Shown one piece after another: positions 1 through 9,660 of a stretch of 64,000 bases of DNA. Made by a program: the position numbers and the translations under genes. The stretch lies in contig MEOA01000015.1 in assembly GCA_001768515.1 (NCBI GenBank), forward strand, positions 6,226 through 70,225, in the 5' to 3' direction. How positions within the stretch are numbered: position 1 is the stretch's first letter; each line of letters starts with the position of its first letter. Origin of the DNA: Bacteroidetes bacterium GWE2_42_24. Lineage in GTDB: Bacteria > Bacteroidota > Bacteroidia > Bacteroidales > TTA-H9. Under the pieces are notes generated by a model. The model searched no databases. It saw only the letters and a list, made by a program, of their open reading frames with translations, and had not been told where the DNA came from.

Positions 1-162
1 GTTCCTCCTTTCTATGCAGATATGCCAAACACTCTTGACGAGATCATGGAATCAGAACGACATTACCTGGAGGCCTATGCCAGGAGTCCTTTTCTCACCG
101 ATTGGAAGTATTTCTGGAAGTCTTTCTTTAATATTTTTTTCCGAAAAGCCCGAAGCCATTAG
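1..162 (+). CDS. 3' end of a CDS truncated by the window edge; possibly the C-terminus of a polysaccharide-biosynthesis sugar transferase
   Basis: Frame 1 is open from position 1 to TAG at 160-162 (..ERHYLEAYARSPFLTDWKYFWKSFFNIFFRKARSH*). It has no start in the window, so it is absent from the ORF track. The tail resembles Bac_transf-type C-termini and the neighbours are capsule/EPS genes. Weak call. Confidence 0.3.
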   Translation, partial: VPPFYADMPNTLDEIMESERHYLEAYARSPFLTDWKYFWKSFFNIFFRKARSH

Positions 163-351
163 CCCCCGGTTATGGCCATAACAAACAGTTTAAATGCCCG
201 CTGCTAAAAAATCTGCTGGTCGGCAGCCTGATCGAAATGCTTACTGCCGGTTGCCAGAGAGTCTATTATTGTCCCAATTCACAATCATGTCAGGTAGTCA
301 ACCCGGACATAACGAACCAGGATTTGTTTTATTTAAATACAGAGAAAACCT

Positions 352-2022
352 ATGAATAAATACTTGACCGCGCTGATCATCGGATGGATGATGATGCCAT
401 TGACTGGTCGGTCGCAATACTTGCCCGAGGCAACAACTAACTTGGGGATCTACGAGTTTATTGATGAGCTTGCCACCATCGGACTGATAAGTCCCAATTC
501 GGCAATAAAGCCGTATGGCCGCGACCAGATCGCCATATGGCTTACGTCAGCGGAGAAGGAACAGCAAAAACTTTCACTGCGCCAGAAGGCGGAACTCGAC
601 TTTTATCTTAAAGAATTTGTGCCAGGTTGGCAGGAAAAGCGTTACAAGCTGTTTGCCGGGTACTTTAAACCTGTTTCACTATACCCGACATCGCTGTCGG
701 TGAGCTATGCCGATTCCCTTTTCCGGTTCGATCTCCGCCCTATTCTGGGCTATCAGATAACACGAAACTCTGACGATAACCTGACCCGAAGTTACTGGGG
801 TGCTGCTTTTTCCGCCACCTTTGGCAGGAATTGGAGTGCCTGGGCCAGCCTGCGTGATAACCACGAGAGTGAGGCCATCGTCAGGCCCGGTTATTTCATC
901 AACCGACCCGGTGTACCACTCAAGAATAACCCTGATGGCGGGGTTGATTTCAGCGAGATGAACGGTGGAATTGTTTATTCATGGAAGTGGGGTAGTTTCG
1001 GATTGGTGAAAGATCACCTCACTTGGGGAAACAACCGCAATGGCAGCAATATTCTGAGTGGTAACTCCCCCAGTTTTGCCCACATAGCCCTGAAGATAAA
1101 GCCTGTCAGATGGCTTGAGCTGAACTACATTCATGGCTGGCTGGTGAGCAACGTAGTGGATAGCACCCGTAGTTTCTGGGACGACTATGTTTACCGGGTA
1201 GTGATGCGTTCTAAATACATTGCAGCCAACATGATTACCATCACCCCGTTGAGAAGGCTCGATATCTCCTTTGGTAATTCTGTGATATACAGTGATCAGG
1301 GTGTTCATCCTGCCTATCTGATCCCGATCTTCTTTTACAAATCGGTTGACCATACCCTCAACAACACCAATTCAAGAGGTGAGTCGGGACAGAATGCCCA
1401 GTTGTTTTTCGATATCAGCAGTCGCCAGATTAATCACCTGCACTTGTTTATGTCAGCCTATTTCGACGAATTGCACATCAGCCGGATCAAAGAGGGACTT
1501 ATTCATAACTTCTTCAGCCTGAAACCGGGTTTCAGGCTGGATGGATGGCCGCTGACGGGGCTTAGTCTGGAAGGGGAGTACACTCTTACCAAGCCATTGA
1601 CATATCAGCATAAAATCAGCACCACCACTTTTACATCCAACGATTACAACCTGGGGCATTATCTACGCGATAATTCAAAGGAACTCTACCTTGCAGTAAG
1701 GTACAAACCGATCAGGGGACTTAGTTTGACAGCCTGGCTCACCGATGCCAAACATTATAACAACTATGTGTATAATAACCGTGAGGGTGTAAGTGACGAC
1801 AAACCCTTTGCCGACCTCACATGGTCGCACGCTGAATACGGGCTGAAAGCGAGTTGGGAATTTGTTTATAATGGGTATTTATATGCATCGGTAAGCCGGT
1901 CAGAGACCAAAGGATACGATGCCGATGGTGTCAGTGCCGAACAGAACCTTAGTACTTTTACCCCTGCATTTTACAGAGGCACTCATACCTTAATCAATGC
2001 TGGTTTTGCACTTGGATTCTAA
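352..2022 (+). CDS. Outer-membrane capsule-assembly protein, Wzi family (putative)
   Basis: ATG start and signal peptide MNKYLTALIIGWMMMPLTGRSQ. The N-terminal motif YEFIDELATIGLI...KPYGRDQIAIWL is typical of Wzi. The body is Tyr/Gly/Ser-rich and beta-barrel-like, ending in ...GFALGF. Confidence 0.55.
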   Translation: MNKYLTALIIGWMMMPLTGRSQYLPEATTNLGIYEFIDELATIGLISPNSAIKPYGRDQIAIWLTSAEKEQQKLSLRQKAELDFYLKEFVPGWQEKRYKLFAGYFKPVSLYPTSLSVSYADSLFRFDLRPILGYQITRNSDDNLTRSYWGAAFSATFGRNWSAWASLRDNHESEAIVRPGYFINRPGVPLKNNPDGGVDFSEMNGGIVYSWKWGSFGLVKDHLTWGNNRNGSNILSGNSPSFAHIALKIKPVRWLELNYIHGWLVSNVVDSTRSFWDDYVYRVVMRSKYIAANMITITPLRRLDISFGNSVIYSDQGVHPAYLIPIFFYKSVDHTLNNTNSRGESGQNAQLFFDISSRQINHLHLFMSAYFDELHISRIKEGLIHNFFSLKPGFRLDGWPLTGLSLEGEYTLTKPLTYQHKISTTTFTSNDYNLGHYLRDNSKELYLAVRYKPIRGLSLTAWLTDAKHYNNYVYNNREGVSDDKPFADLTWSHAEYGLKASWEFVYNGYLYASVSRSETKGYDADGVSAEQNLSTFTPAFYRGTHTLINAGFALGF

Positions 2023-2140
2023 AAGGATAGTTGTTCAGGTAGTATATAGCTACCGGCATTTTATCCGGCGGCACGATTCTGTTTGCCGGTGGTTCATGGT
2101 CTGATTCAGCATAATAAAACAGTTACAATCGAAAATACTT

Positions 2141-2701
2141 ATGGTTAAACAGTTCATTATAATTTACGATAAAATTCCGGTGCCTGTTCGTAATGTGATG
2201 TGGTTTTCGATCATCACTCTTGGATTTCATTTTCTATACCGGGCAACGGCTTCCGGGATACATTCCTGGGCTTGGGTTATCTGGCTGAATGAGGCACTTA
2301 TGAAGACGGTGTTCGATTCGTCTGTATGGTTTAACCGGCACATCCTCGGACTTGAGTTTAACATACTCGATCCGCGTACAATGGTGTTCCCCGGTTCAGG
2401 TTATGTTTCTATTACGGCAGGGTGTAGTGGGCTTAAACAGCTTTACCAGGTATTGGTGTTGTTCTTGCTCTATCCCGGGCCCTGGAGGCACAAATTGTGG
2501 TACATTCCGATGGTCATGCTGGCCATGCACCTGACCAATCTGTTCAGGATTATCAGCCTCTCGGTCATGGTTATCTGGCAACCACAATACTGGCATTTTT
2601 CACACGATTGGATACTCCGTCCACTGTTCTATGCTGTGCTTTTCGCCCTATGGGTCGTCTGGGTGGAGAAATTTCAACTAATGAAGAAGAAAACAGTTTG
2701 A
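2141..2701 (+). CDS. Exosortase/archaeosortase-family transpeptidase, short XrtF-like form
   Basis: 186-aa polytopic membrane protein. It carries the ordered Cys (ITAGCSGLK), Arg (NLFRIISL) and His (FSHDW) signature of exosortases. Confidence 0.6.
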   Translation: MVKQFIIIYDKIPVPVRNVMWFSIITLGFHFLYRATASGIHSWAWVIWLNEALMKTVFDSSVWFNRHILGLEFNILDPRTMVFPGSGYVSITAGCSGLKQLYQVLVLFLLYPGPWRHKLWYIPMVMLAMHLTNLFRIISLSVMVIWQPQYWHFSHDWILRPLFYAVLFALWVVWVEKFQLMKKKTV

Positions 2702-2731
2702 TAAATACTTTAGTAATGAATTTCGGAATAT

Positions 2732-3880
2732 ATGAAAATTGATATTATAGCGGGTGCAAGGCCCAATTTCATGAAAATCGCGCCGATAATCGAGGCAATC
2801 TCTAAAGCGCGTGCGACTGGTGCTGACATTAGTTACCGGCTGATCCATACCGGGCAGCATTATGACAAGAATATGAGCGGCAGCTTTTTCGTGGAGCTGG
2901 AAATTCCCGAACCAGATGTGAACATGGGAGCCGGTGGCGGAACTCAGGCTGAGCAGACGGCTGCCATCATGGTGGGTTATGAACGGCTGCTGATGGAAGA
3001 GAGGAGCGACCTTTGTCTGGTGGTTGGCGACGTGACTTCTACCATGGCCTGTGCAATCAGTGCTCAGAAACTTCATGTGAAGGTGGCTCATGTAGAAGCA
3101 GGGATCCGTTCAGGCGACTGGACCATGCCCGAAGAGATCAACAGGATGGTGACCGACAGCATCACCAACTACTTCTTCACTACCACGACGATTGCTGATG
3201 AGAGCCTTCGTCGTTCGGGGGTAACTGACGACCGGATCTTCCGGGTGGGGAATACCATGATCGATACCCTGCTGCATCACAGACCACGGTTTGTGATGCC
3301 GCCTGTGTGGAATGAAATCGGACTGAAACAGGGTCAGTACATAGTGATGACCCTTCACCGGCCTGCCAATGTGGATGAGGAAGAGAAGTTCCGCGAGCTG
3401 CTGGGTGAAATCATTCACCATGCACATGGTCTTCCTGTCGTGTTTCCTGTCCATCCGCGTACCGCCAGAGTTATTCAGGCGATCCTTTCAGGAGCCAGCA
3501 TCGGGGAAGATGTGTCCGGACTTTCGAAAGCGCGGTCAGCGATTGAGGCCTCAAATCTGTACATGATCGAACCATTGGGATATCTGGAGTTCAACTATCT
3601 GGTTGAAAGAAGTAAGGCCGTCATCACCGATTCGGGTGGCATCACCGAAGAGACCACCGTGATGGGGATTCCCTGCATGACCTTACGCGACAATACTGAA
3701 CGCCCTGAGACTATTACTGTTGGAACTAACGAACTCATCGGCACCAACCCTGCAGCTATCGGTCCGGCTATGAAGCTTCTTTTCGACGGTGGTTGGAAAA
3801 AAGGCGCAATACCCGAGCTCTGGGACGGTCACACCGCCGAAAGAATTGTCAAGGTATTGCTGGAGTTGAGGGATTTGTAA
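2732..3880 (+). CDS. wecB: UDP-N-acetylglucosamine 2-epimerase (non-hydrolysing)
   Basis: MKIDIIAGARPNFMKIAPI..., HTGQHYD, ..DSGGITEE.. motifs. Length of 382 aa is typical. Confidence 0.9.
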   Translation: MKIDIIAGARPNFMKIAPIIEAISKARATGADISYRLIHTGQHYDKNMSGSFFVELEIPEPDVNMGAGGGTQAEQTAAIMVGYERLLMEERSDLCLVVGDVTSTMACAISAQKLHVKVAHVEAGIRSGDWTMPEEINRMVTDSITNYFFTTTTIADESLRRSGVTDDRIFRVGNTMIDTLLHHRPRFVMPPVWNEIGLKQGQYIVMTLHRPANVDEEEKFRELLGEIIHHAHGLPVVFPVHPRTARVIQAILSGASIGEDVSGLSKARSAIEASNLYMIEPLGYLEFNYLVERSKAVITDSGGITEETTVMGIPCMTLRDNTERPETITVGTNELIGTNPAAIGPAMKLLFDGGWKKGAIPELWDGHTAERIVKVLLELRDL

Positions 3881-4154
3881 GCTCTGGCTATTAGTTATCC
3901 GCTATCGACTTCAGTAACCATATTTCAGGATGTTGGGCTCATGGAGCGTTGGCGCAGACCATCGGTCTGCCAGACCTCATCCTTGCTGCCTCTGTTAAAG
4001 AGTTCAGGGAGCAGTCCTGCAAAATCAGTCCGGCAGTCCTTCTCTCGGACGGGATGGAGCAGATAGACTGGTGCTTCAGGAACTGATGACTTAGAGTCAT
4101 TCAGTAAATGATTTCGGGAAAGAATAGTAATTTCGTTTTAGACAAATTTAGTCA

Positions 4155-4556
4155 ATGCAACCCAGTCGACTGTTTCTCTTTCTTCAGCAACCCACCGTAC
4201 GACGGGGGATTTTCTTTCTCTACGTGGCATTGATTACAGCGCTGAGTCTTGTGTCGGGGCATGATTTACCGTCGGTGAAATTGTTCAGACATGCAGACAA
4301 GGTGATTCATATGTGCATGTATGCAGGTTTTACGTTTCTTTTGTTGTGGGGGTGGCCCCGTCTCTTCAGGGGCAGTCGGCAGTGGTTGCCGTTGTTTGTT
4401 GTGATGTTCTGGGGATTGTCGATGGAAATTCTTCAGGATTTGGGTCATTATGGCCGCTCGTTCGAATTGTTCGATTTGGTTGCCAACGTGCTGGGGTTCT
4501 TTCCTGGATGGCTTGCGTGGCATCTGATACATTGGTGGCGACCGGGAAAGGGTTGA
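4155..4556 (+). CDS. VanZ-family membrane protein
   Basis: 133 aa with 4 predicted TM helices. DKVIHMCMYAGFTFLLL and DLVANVLG motifs are typical of VanZ-like proteins. Confidence 0.6.
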   Translation: MQPSRLFLFLQQPTVRRGIFFLYVALITALSLVSGHDLPSVKLFRHADKVIHMCMYAGFTFLLLWGWPRLFRGSRQWLPLFVVMFWGLSMEILQDLGHYGRSFELFDLVANVLGFFPGWLAWHLIHWWRPGKG

Positions 4557-4626
4557 CTAAGGGCTTTGGCATTGACTTTAGCATTGGCTTTGGGCCGGAT
4601 TCCCTTAGATTCCAAACCTCCTGAAA

Positions 4627-4651
4627 TGCAAAAACCTCCCTTTTGAGGAGG
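4627..4651 (-). terminator. Short hairpin plus T-tract downstream of tRNA-Glu
   Basis: Minus strand reads CCTCC-TCAAAAG-GGAGG followed by TTTTTGCATTT. The stem is only 5 bp. Confidence 0.45.
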
Positions 4652-4660
4652 CTTAACATG

Positions 4661-4732
4661 TAGCCCGTAGGGGAATCGAACCCCTGTTAACAGGATGAAA
4701 ACCTGACGTCCTAACCCCTAGACGAACGGGCC
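4661..4732 (-). tRNA. tRNA-Glu (anticodon UUC)
   Basis: Minus strand: GGCCCGT acceptor pairing with ACGGGCT, D-arm TCTAGGGGTTAGGA, anticodon loop TTTTCAT (TTC), T-arm AGGGGTTCGATTCCCCT, discriminator A. No encoded CCA. Confidence 0.9.
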
Positions 4733-4768
4733 ATTTTTTGAAGAACTACCGTGTGGTTAACGGGTGTG

Positions 4769-4799
4769 CAAAAGTACTTCTTTTTTTGAACTTACCAAA
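4769..4799 (-). promoter_or_regulatory. Bacteroidota-type promoter for tRNA-Glu (-33 TTTG / -7 TACTTTTG)
   Basis: Minus strand has TTTG (4799-4796), a 19-nt spacer, then TACTTTTG (4776-4769), about 36 nt upstream of the tRNA 5' end. This matches the TTTG-N19-21-TAnnTTTG consensus. Confidence 0.55.
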
Positions 4800-4880
4800 T
4801 AGTGGCCTTAAAATTTTGAAAAAATGCGGGTAATATTTTTGTTGTTAATGAATGCGGATTGATTATCAATCGGTTTTTAT

Positions 4881-4945
4881 TTGACATTGGCTTTGGATTG
4901 CTATCGGGAGGCTTTGGCTTTGATTGGTGAATTGACTATTAACAA
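4881..4945. repeat. Dispersed intergenic word-repeat block (GGCTTTGG x2, GCTATCGGG, ATTGAC x2)
   Basis: ttgacattGGCTTTGGattGCTATCGGGaGGCTTTGGctttgattggtgaATTGACtattaac. It shares words with blocks at 4557-4608, 7988-8146, 16476-16540, 18057-18135, 18505-18672, 20111-20135 and 24571-24664. Confidence 0.6.
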
Positions 4946-5131
4946 TCTTATCGGAAACAATAGTATTAGTGAAACCCTCCGCGAATCAGAGCTTAATCAC
5001 TTCCAGATTGGTCTTTTCGGTTAATTCTCTATCTTTACCCAACCATCCGACGCCGCAGCATCATTGGGTACCAGCGGAAGTCACGGCGTTGGTTGTTTAT
5101 GATTTTGTCGTTTTAATATGGTCGTCAGACG

Positions 5132-6862
5132 ATGGCCTGGTTAAAGTTCTACAGCATGGATATTCCGATTCTGAAGAGCGTCATCATCTTATTCGCCATC
5201 GCAGTGGTGGTGGTTCTGATCAGCAAAAGACTGCATATTCCTGTTATCATTGGTTACCTGTTAACCGGCATGGTAGCGGGTCCTCATGGGTTAGGACTCG
5301 TGACCAACCTCCATGATATCGATATGCTGGCCGAGATCGGTATCATCCTGCTGCTGTTTTCAATCGGCATCGAATTCTCGCTTCAGAAGTTTATCAGAAT
5401 GAAGGCTATGGTGCTTGGCGGCGGTATGATTCAGGTAGTACTTACCATTTGTCTGGTGTTTCTGGTGGCTGGCATGGCTGGCTGTAGTGGCAAAGAGTCA
5501 TGGTTTATCGGGATGCTGCTGGCACTTAGCAGCACGGCTATCGTCATCAGGGTGATTCAGGAATCGGGGGCCATTGATAGTCCGCGGGGGCGTACTTCGC
5601 TCGCCATTTTGATATTTCAGGATCTGGCAATCATCCCCATGATTCTGGTGTTGCCGATATTAGCCGGGAGGTCATCAGGCGGTTTGAACGAAATAGCCTT
5701 ATTGGTTATTAAAGTCGTAGGCGTGACCGCTGTTGTCCTTATAGGTGCCCGCAAACTTGTTCCTTTGATCTTATTGAAAGTAGCCCGCACGCAGAGTAAT
5801 GAATTGTTTTTGCTCACCGTCATCGTGATCGCATTTGCTGTAGCATGGCTGACTTCTTTGGTTGGATTGTCGCTGGCATTGGGGGCATTTATGGCAGGAC
5901 TGATTATCTCGGAATCGGAATTCAGCGAGCATGCTTTGGGTAATATACTTCCATTTATTAGCGTGTTTACCAGTTTTTTCTTCATCTCGGTAGGGATGCT
6001 ACTCGACTTAAAGTTTTTGGTGACAAATATTGGATTGGTAGTGCTGGTGACAACGGTTGTGTTGTTGATCAAGTCGCTGACAGGGACCATTCCTGTTGTG
6101 CTGATGGGCTATCCGCTCAGGGTGGCAGTGATGACTGGGTTGTCGATTAGTCAGGTAGGGGAATTCTCGTTTATCCTCAGCAAGTTGGGGGTTCAGGAAG
6201 GGATACTCTCTCTTGGTAACTACCAGCTCTTTCTTAGTGTGTCGGTACTTACCATGGCGTTGACGCCCATGATGGTTAACAAGGCACATATAGTTGCCGA
6301 CCTGATGATCAGGCTCCCTTTGCCGGCGCGTCTGAAGAACGGGGGCAAGCAGGAGGAGGTGCCATTTAAAGGAGATGATGTGACGGATCACCTGATCATC
6401 ATTGGGTATGGCATCAATGGGCGAAATGTTGCTACAGCGGCACGCAGGGCCGGCATACGCTACCGGGTACTGGAAATGAATCCCGAGACAGTGAGGGTGG
6501 AATCGTCCAGGGGAGTACCAATAGCCTTTGGCGATGCCACACAGACCGGGGTACTTGAACATGCAGGGATCATGCTGGCAAGAGTACTAGTGGTTACCAT
6601 CGCCCATCCGCATGGCATCAGGCAGATCACCGGTTTAGCACGCCGTATGAATGCTGGTATTCACATCATCATTCGCACACGATTTATCGCAAACATCAAA
6701 CCGCTGTTTTTATTGGGTGCTAATGAGGTGATTCCCGAAGAGTTTGAAACCAGTATCGAGATCTTCACCCGGGTGTTGATACATTATCAGGTCGATCAGG
6801 GGAAAATTGCCGGGCTGGTCAGTGAAATCAGGGCTAACAGTTATCAGTTTTTGAGAAATTAA
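5132..6862 (+). CDS. Kef-type monovalent cation:proton antiporter (CPA2) with C-terminal TrkA-N/RCK domain
   Basis: About 12 TM helices, then LIIIGYGINGRNVA (Rossmann GxGxxG). The N-terminus ...LISKRLHIPVIIGYLLTGMVAGPHGLG is typical of KefB/C. An alternative start is the ATG at 5156. Confidence 0.85.
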   Translation: MAWLKFYSMDIPILKSVIILFAIAVVVVLISKRLHIPVIIGYLLTGMVAGPHGLGLVTNLHDIDMLAEIGIILLLFSIGIEFSLQKFIRMKAMVLGGGMIQVVLTICLVFLVAGMAGCSGKESWFIGMLLALSSTAIVIRVIQESGAIDSPRGRTSLAILIFQDLAIIPMILVLPILAGRSSGGLNEIALLVIKVVGVTAVVLIGARKLVPLILLKVARTQSNELFLLTVIVIAFAVAWLTSLVGLSLALGAFMAGLIISESEFSEHALGNILPFISVFTSFFFISVGMLLDLKFLVTNIGLVVLVTTVVLLIKSLTGTIPVVLMGYPLRVAVMTGLSISQVGEFSFILSKLGVQEGILSLGNYQLFLSVSVLTMALTPMMVNKAHIVADLMIRLPLPARLKNGGKQEEVPFKGDDVTDHLIIIGYGINGRNVATAARRAGIRYRVLEMNPETVRVESSRGVPIAFGDATQTGVLEHAGIMLARVLVVTIAHPHGIRQITGLARRMNAGIHIIIRTRFIANIKPLFLLGANEVIPEEFETSIEIFTRVLIHYQVDQGKIAGLVSEIRANSYQFLRN

Positions 6863-6916
6863 GCGTTTATTTGGTTTTAACATTTGTCCGGGTGACCGCC
6901 GCTAAACAAAACCATG

Positions 6917-6924
6917 TAATTTTG
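6917..6924 (+). promoter_or_regulatory. -7 promoter box TAATTTTG
   Basis: Exact TAnnTTTG match 30 nt upstream of the ATG at 6955. Confidence 0.4.
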
Positions 6925-6954
6925 TATCCGTCCCTAATTTTCTGTAAACTGCCT

Positions 6955-7965
6955 ATGTTACGCAAAAGTTATATTCTCATTGTTTTCGTCGTGGCTATTA
7001 TAGCCACGTCCTGCGTTACCACCCACAAGGTTGATTTTGAGGTGATGTGGCCGGCGAAGGCGCAGATACCGCCCCACATCCGACACCTGACTCTTGTTAA
7101 CAATACGCTGCTGAAGCAATCTGACAGTATGGGTACTTTTTATGGCTTTCAGGACAAACTCTATTATGATACTACGCGCATTGACACCATGTTGTCGATG
7201 TCGGCGCTGGATGGACTTGCTGCAAAACTTACTGAAACGGATCGCTACACGCTATCGTCCAATCCTGTGATAGTTCCGCTCAAAGACACAAGCGAAATGA
7301 GGAAGCCGATGTTGCCGGAGGTGCTGGGTCTGATTACGCCCGATGAGACTGAGGGGGTGGTAGTCCTGGAAAGTATCAGCACCTACGATCAGGTTGACTA
7401 TTATTACGGTTTCAACGATGTGGTAAATGCACAACTGACTGTTCTGGCAGCCTCGGCATGGCGTATGTATGATCTGACAGAGAAGCGTATTGTTGACAGA
7501 TGGGTTTATATCGACACCCTCAGGTTTTACGGTGATGGCTATACAGTGAACAGTGCCCTGAATCCGTTGCCTGGGCGGTATGAGTCGTTACGACGCGTTG
7601 CGCTTGCCGCAGGCGAACGTTATAGCATGCAGATTTCCCCCTTCTGGCTGTCTGTTAGCCGCCTGTATCTGAGTGATAAGAGTGGGGGGATGGAGAAGGG
7701 ACGTCTGGCAGCCGAAGCTGACCAATGGGAGACAGCATCAGCCGAATGGCAGAAATTGACGGAAAACAAAAGCAACCGGCGTGCCGCGATGGCCTGTTTT
7801 AACATGGCGGTAGCCTCAGAAGTGCTGGGTAATCTGGTGATGGCCCGCTATTGGTTGGACAAGTCGGTTGCCATAAAACAGCTACCTCAGGCCGCGCGGT
7901 ATAACGCGGCACTTAAAATCAGGGAGAAGAACCTGGAGGTGTTAAAGAGGCAGTTTGGGGAATAG
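6955..7965 (+). CDS. Lipoprotein with C-terminal TPR-like helical region (function unknown)
   Basis: Start moved to ATG 6955 (MLRKSYILIVFVVAIIATSC, lipobox-like ..TSC). The track start at 6871 is a TTG upstream of the promoter box. The C-terminal helical repeat is ..AAMACFNMAVASEVLGNLVMARYWLDKS... Confidence 0.6.
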   Translation: MLRKSYILIVFVVAIIATSCVTTHKVDFEVMWPAKAQIPPHIRHLTLVNNTLLKQSDSMGTFYGFQDKLYYDTTRIDTMLSMSALDGLAAKLTETDRYTLSSNPVIVPLKDTSEMRKPMLPEVLGLITPDETEGVVVLESISTYDQVDYYYGFNDVVNAQLTVLAASAWRMYDLTEKRIVDRWVYIDTLRFYGDGYTVNSALNPLPGRYESLRRVALAAGERYSMQISPFWLSVSRLYLSDKSGGMEKGRLAAEADQWETASAEWQKLTENKSNRRAAMACFNMAVASEVLGNLVMARYWLDKSVAIKQLPQAARYNAALKIREKNLEVLKRQFGE

Positions 7966-7987
7966 ACCAGCAATAGATTTCTTTATT

Positions 7988-8146
7988 GGCAAAGGCTATA
8001 GTTATCGGGAGGCTATGGCTTTCGGCAACTAGAGGGAGTTATTGACTTTGACTTCGATTCCGATGGCTATCGGGGCTATGGCTGACAAGCTAACAACGCT
8101 AATGATAGTCTGCTGATCAGTGCAACGTTGTGGCTATGGCTATGGT
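7988..8146. repeat. Largest dispersed intergenic word-repeat block (GGCTATGG x4, TATCGGG x2, ATTGAC, AATGATAGT)
   Basis: It fills the convergent gap between the lipoprotein gene and the MFS gene. Words are shared with the other blocks in both orientations. Confidence 0.6.
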
Positions 8147-8173
8147 TAATTCAGGAGTCTTCGAGTGCGTTAA

Positions 8174-9568
8174 TTATGCATCATTTTCTCTCGCAGTTTT
8201 TAATTCCGCGGCCTGTCCTTTCAGGAAGAGGGCTGCAACAGCCAGCCCGATGGCAATAATACCACAAAGGGTGAAGGCCATGCCAAATCCACCTCCAGTT
8301 CTGGAAGGGGCGGCTGCAATGGCGCCAATCATGGAGGCTCCTGTTAGTTGCCCGAGGCTGATGAAAATGGTAAGGAGACCCTGTGCTGATGCCCGGTCAC
8401 GACGATCGGCTTCACTCAGCATGATGTAGTTAAGCGAGCTTCGCATACTGAATCCTATACCGATCAGGGCACCCGCCAGATATATCAGCCATTTTTCGTG
8501 GGGGAGGGTACCTGTCAGCAGCAATCCGGTGGCTGCAATTATCAATCCGGCCAGGATGACTACGCGACTTCCTTTCCAGTCGGTTATCTGTCCTGCCAGC
8601 GGCGCTGCTATGGCGCTACCTGTGATGACAGGGATCAGCATAAAGCCCGCAGTCGATTCATCGACCCGGAAGAGAAAGATGATGAGTTGCGGCACAAAAA
8701 CAAAAGATGCCTGAAACAGTCCCAGCCCAAATGCCATCAGTCCTACCAGACGTACCTGCTTGTTGAACAGGAATTCGAGCTTCACCACGGGAAAAGGTTC
8801 CTGACGTTCGATGGCAACCAGGAGGGTGATAGAGAGGACGGCTGAGGTGAACCAGATGAGGGTGATGGGGTCGGTAAGTGAATGAAAGAAATGGTCGGGT
8901 TTCAGGTTGCTGATACCAAGAGTGATGAAGATTAGCCCGGCCGTGAGGGTTATAATGCCCCGTATATCAATGTCGTCGGCTGTGGCTATCGCTTTCGAGG
9001 GTAATGTTCGAAGGCTTACCAGAATGAGGATGAAACTGATCGGGACATTGATGAAAAAGAGTGCATTCCATCGAAAGAAGTGCAGCACGGTACCCGCCAG
9101 AACAGGCCCTATAATAAAAGCCACACCGAAGACAGCACCGATAAGACCAAGCATCCTGCCCCGTTTTTCGGGTGGGTAGATATCGCCGATGACAGCAGAG
9201 GCAACAGGCAGGATGCCGCTTACGCCGAAGCCCTGAATACCCCTTCCTATCAGAAGGATGACGTAGTTGTCGGTGAGTGAAACTACCAATGATCCAAGGC
9301 CAAAGATGCCCACAGCGGTGACATAAATATTGCGGCGTCCGAAAACATCCGACAGACGCGACATAAGGGGTATCCCGGCAAGGGAAGCCAGAACATAAAC
9401 CGAAAATATCCATGACAGGAACAAGGGATCCATCCACAATGTACGTTCGATTGAAGGCAAGGCAGGCCCAACGATCGAAATATCGAGTGCTCCCATCAGG
9501 ACTCCAGTGATCAAAACGGTCATTACCGACCGTCTGCTTGCTTCAGTTGGCTTATTATTTGGCGTCAT
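8174..9568 (-). CDS. MFS transporter, 14-TM drug:H+ antiporter-like
   Basis: 464 aa with many TM helices. Contains the MFS motif A-like SRLSDVFGRRNIY and motif C-like GPVLAG. Confidence 0.85.
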   Translation of the reverse strand: MTPNNKPTEASRRSVMTVLITGVLMGALDISIVGPALPSIERTLWMDPLFLSWIFSVYVLASLAGIPLMSRLSDVFGRRNIYVTAVGIFGLGSLVVSLTDNYVILLIGRGIQGFGVSGILPVASAVIGDIYPPEKRGRMLGLIGAVFGVAFIIGPVLAGTVLHFFRWNALFFINVPISFILILVSLRTLPSKAIATADDIDIRGIITLTAGLIFITLGISNLKPDHFFHSLTDPITLIWFTSAVLSITLLVAIERQEPFPVVKLEFLFNKQVRLVGLMAFGLGLFQASFVFVPQLIIFLFRVDESTAGFMLIPVITGSAIAAPLAGQITDWKGSRVVILAGLIIAATGLLLTGTLPHEKWLIYLAGALIGIGFSMRSSLNYIMLSEADRRDRASAQGLLTIFISLGQLTGASMIGAIAAAPSRTGGGFGMAFTLCGIIAIGLAVAALFLKGQAAELKTARENDA

Positions 9569-9660
9569 CTTCCGCTCAATCGTTTAGTAAGTTTTTTAAA
9601 AAAAGCTCATCTCACTGAAAAATCTCTATCTTCGTTTCCAGATTTCCAAGTTCAACATTC

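Noticed and set aside
3954-3970. Hairpin GCAGACC-ATC-GGTCTGC after wecB as a terminator.
   Set aside because: It has only a 3-nt loop and no following T-tract, and it is 75 nt from the stop. Not convincing as an intrinsic terminator.
5617-6562. Long antisense ORFs (5617-6090, 157 aa; 6008-6562, 184 aa) inside the Kef antiporter gene. Similar shadow ORFs occur at 2678-3091, 8967-9437, 13808-14296, 39886-40329 and 62406-62888.
   Set aside because: Each lies entirely within a well-supported CDS on the opposite strand or in another frame. Their translations are low-complexity (Arg/His/Pro/Gln-rich) with no recognisable motifs. They are typical shadow ORFs.
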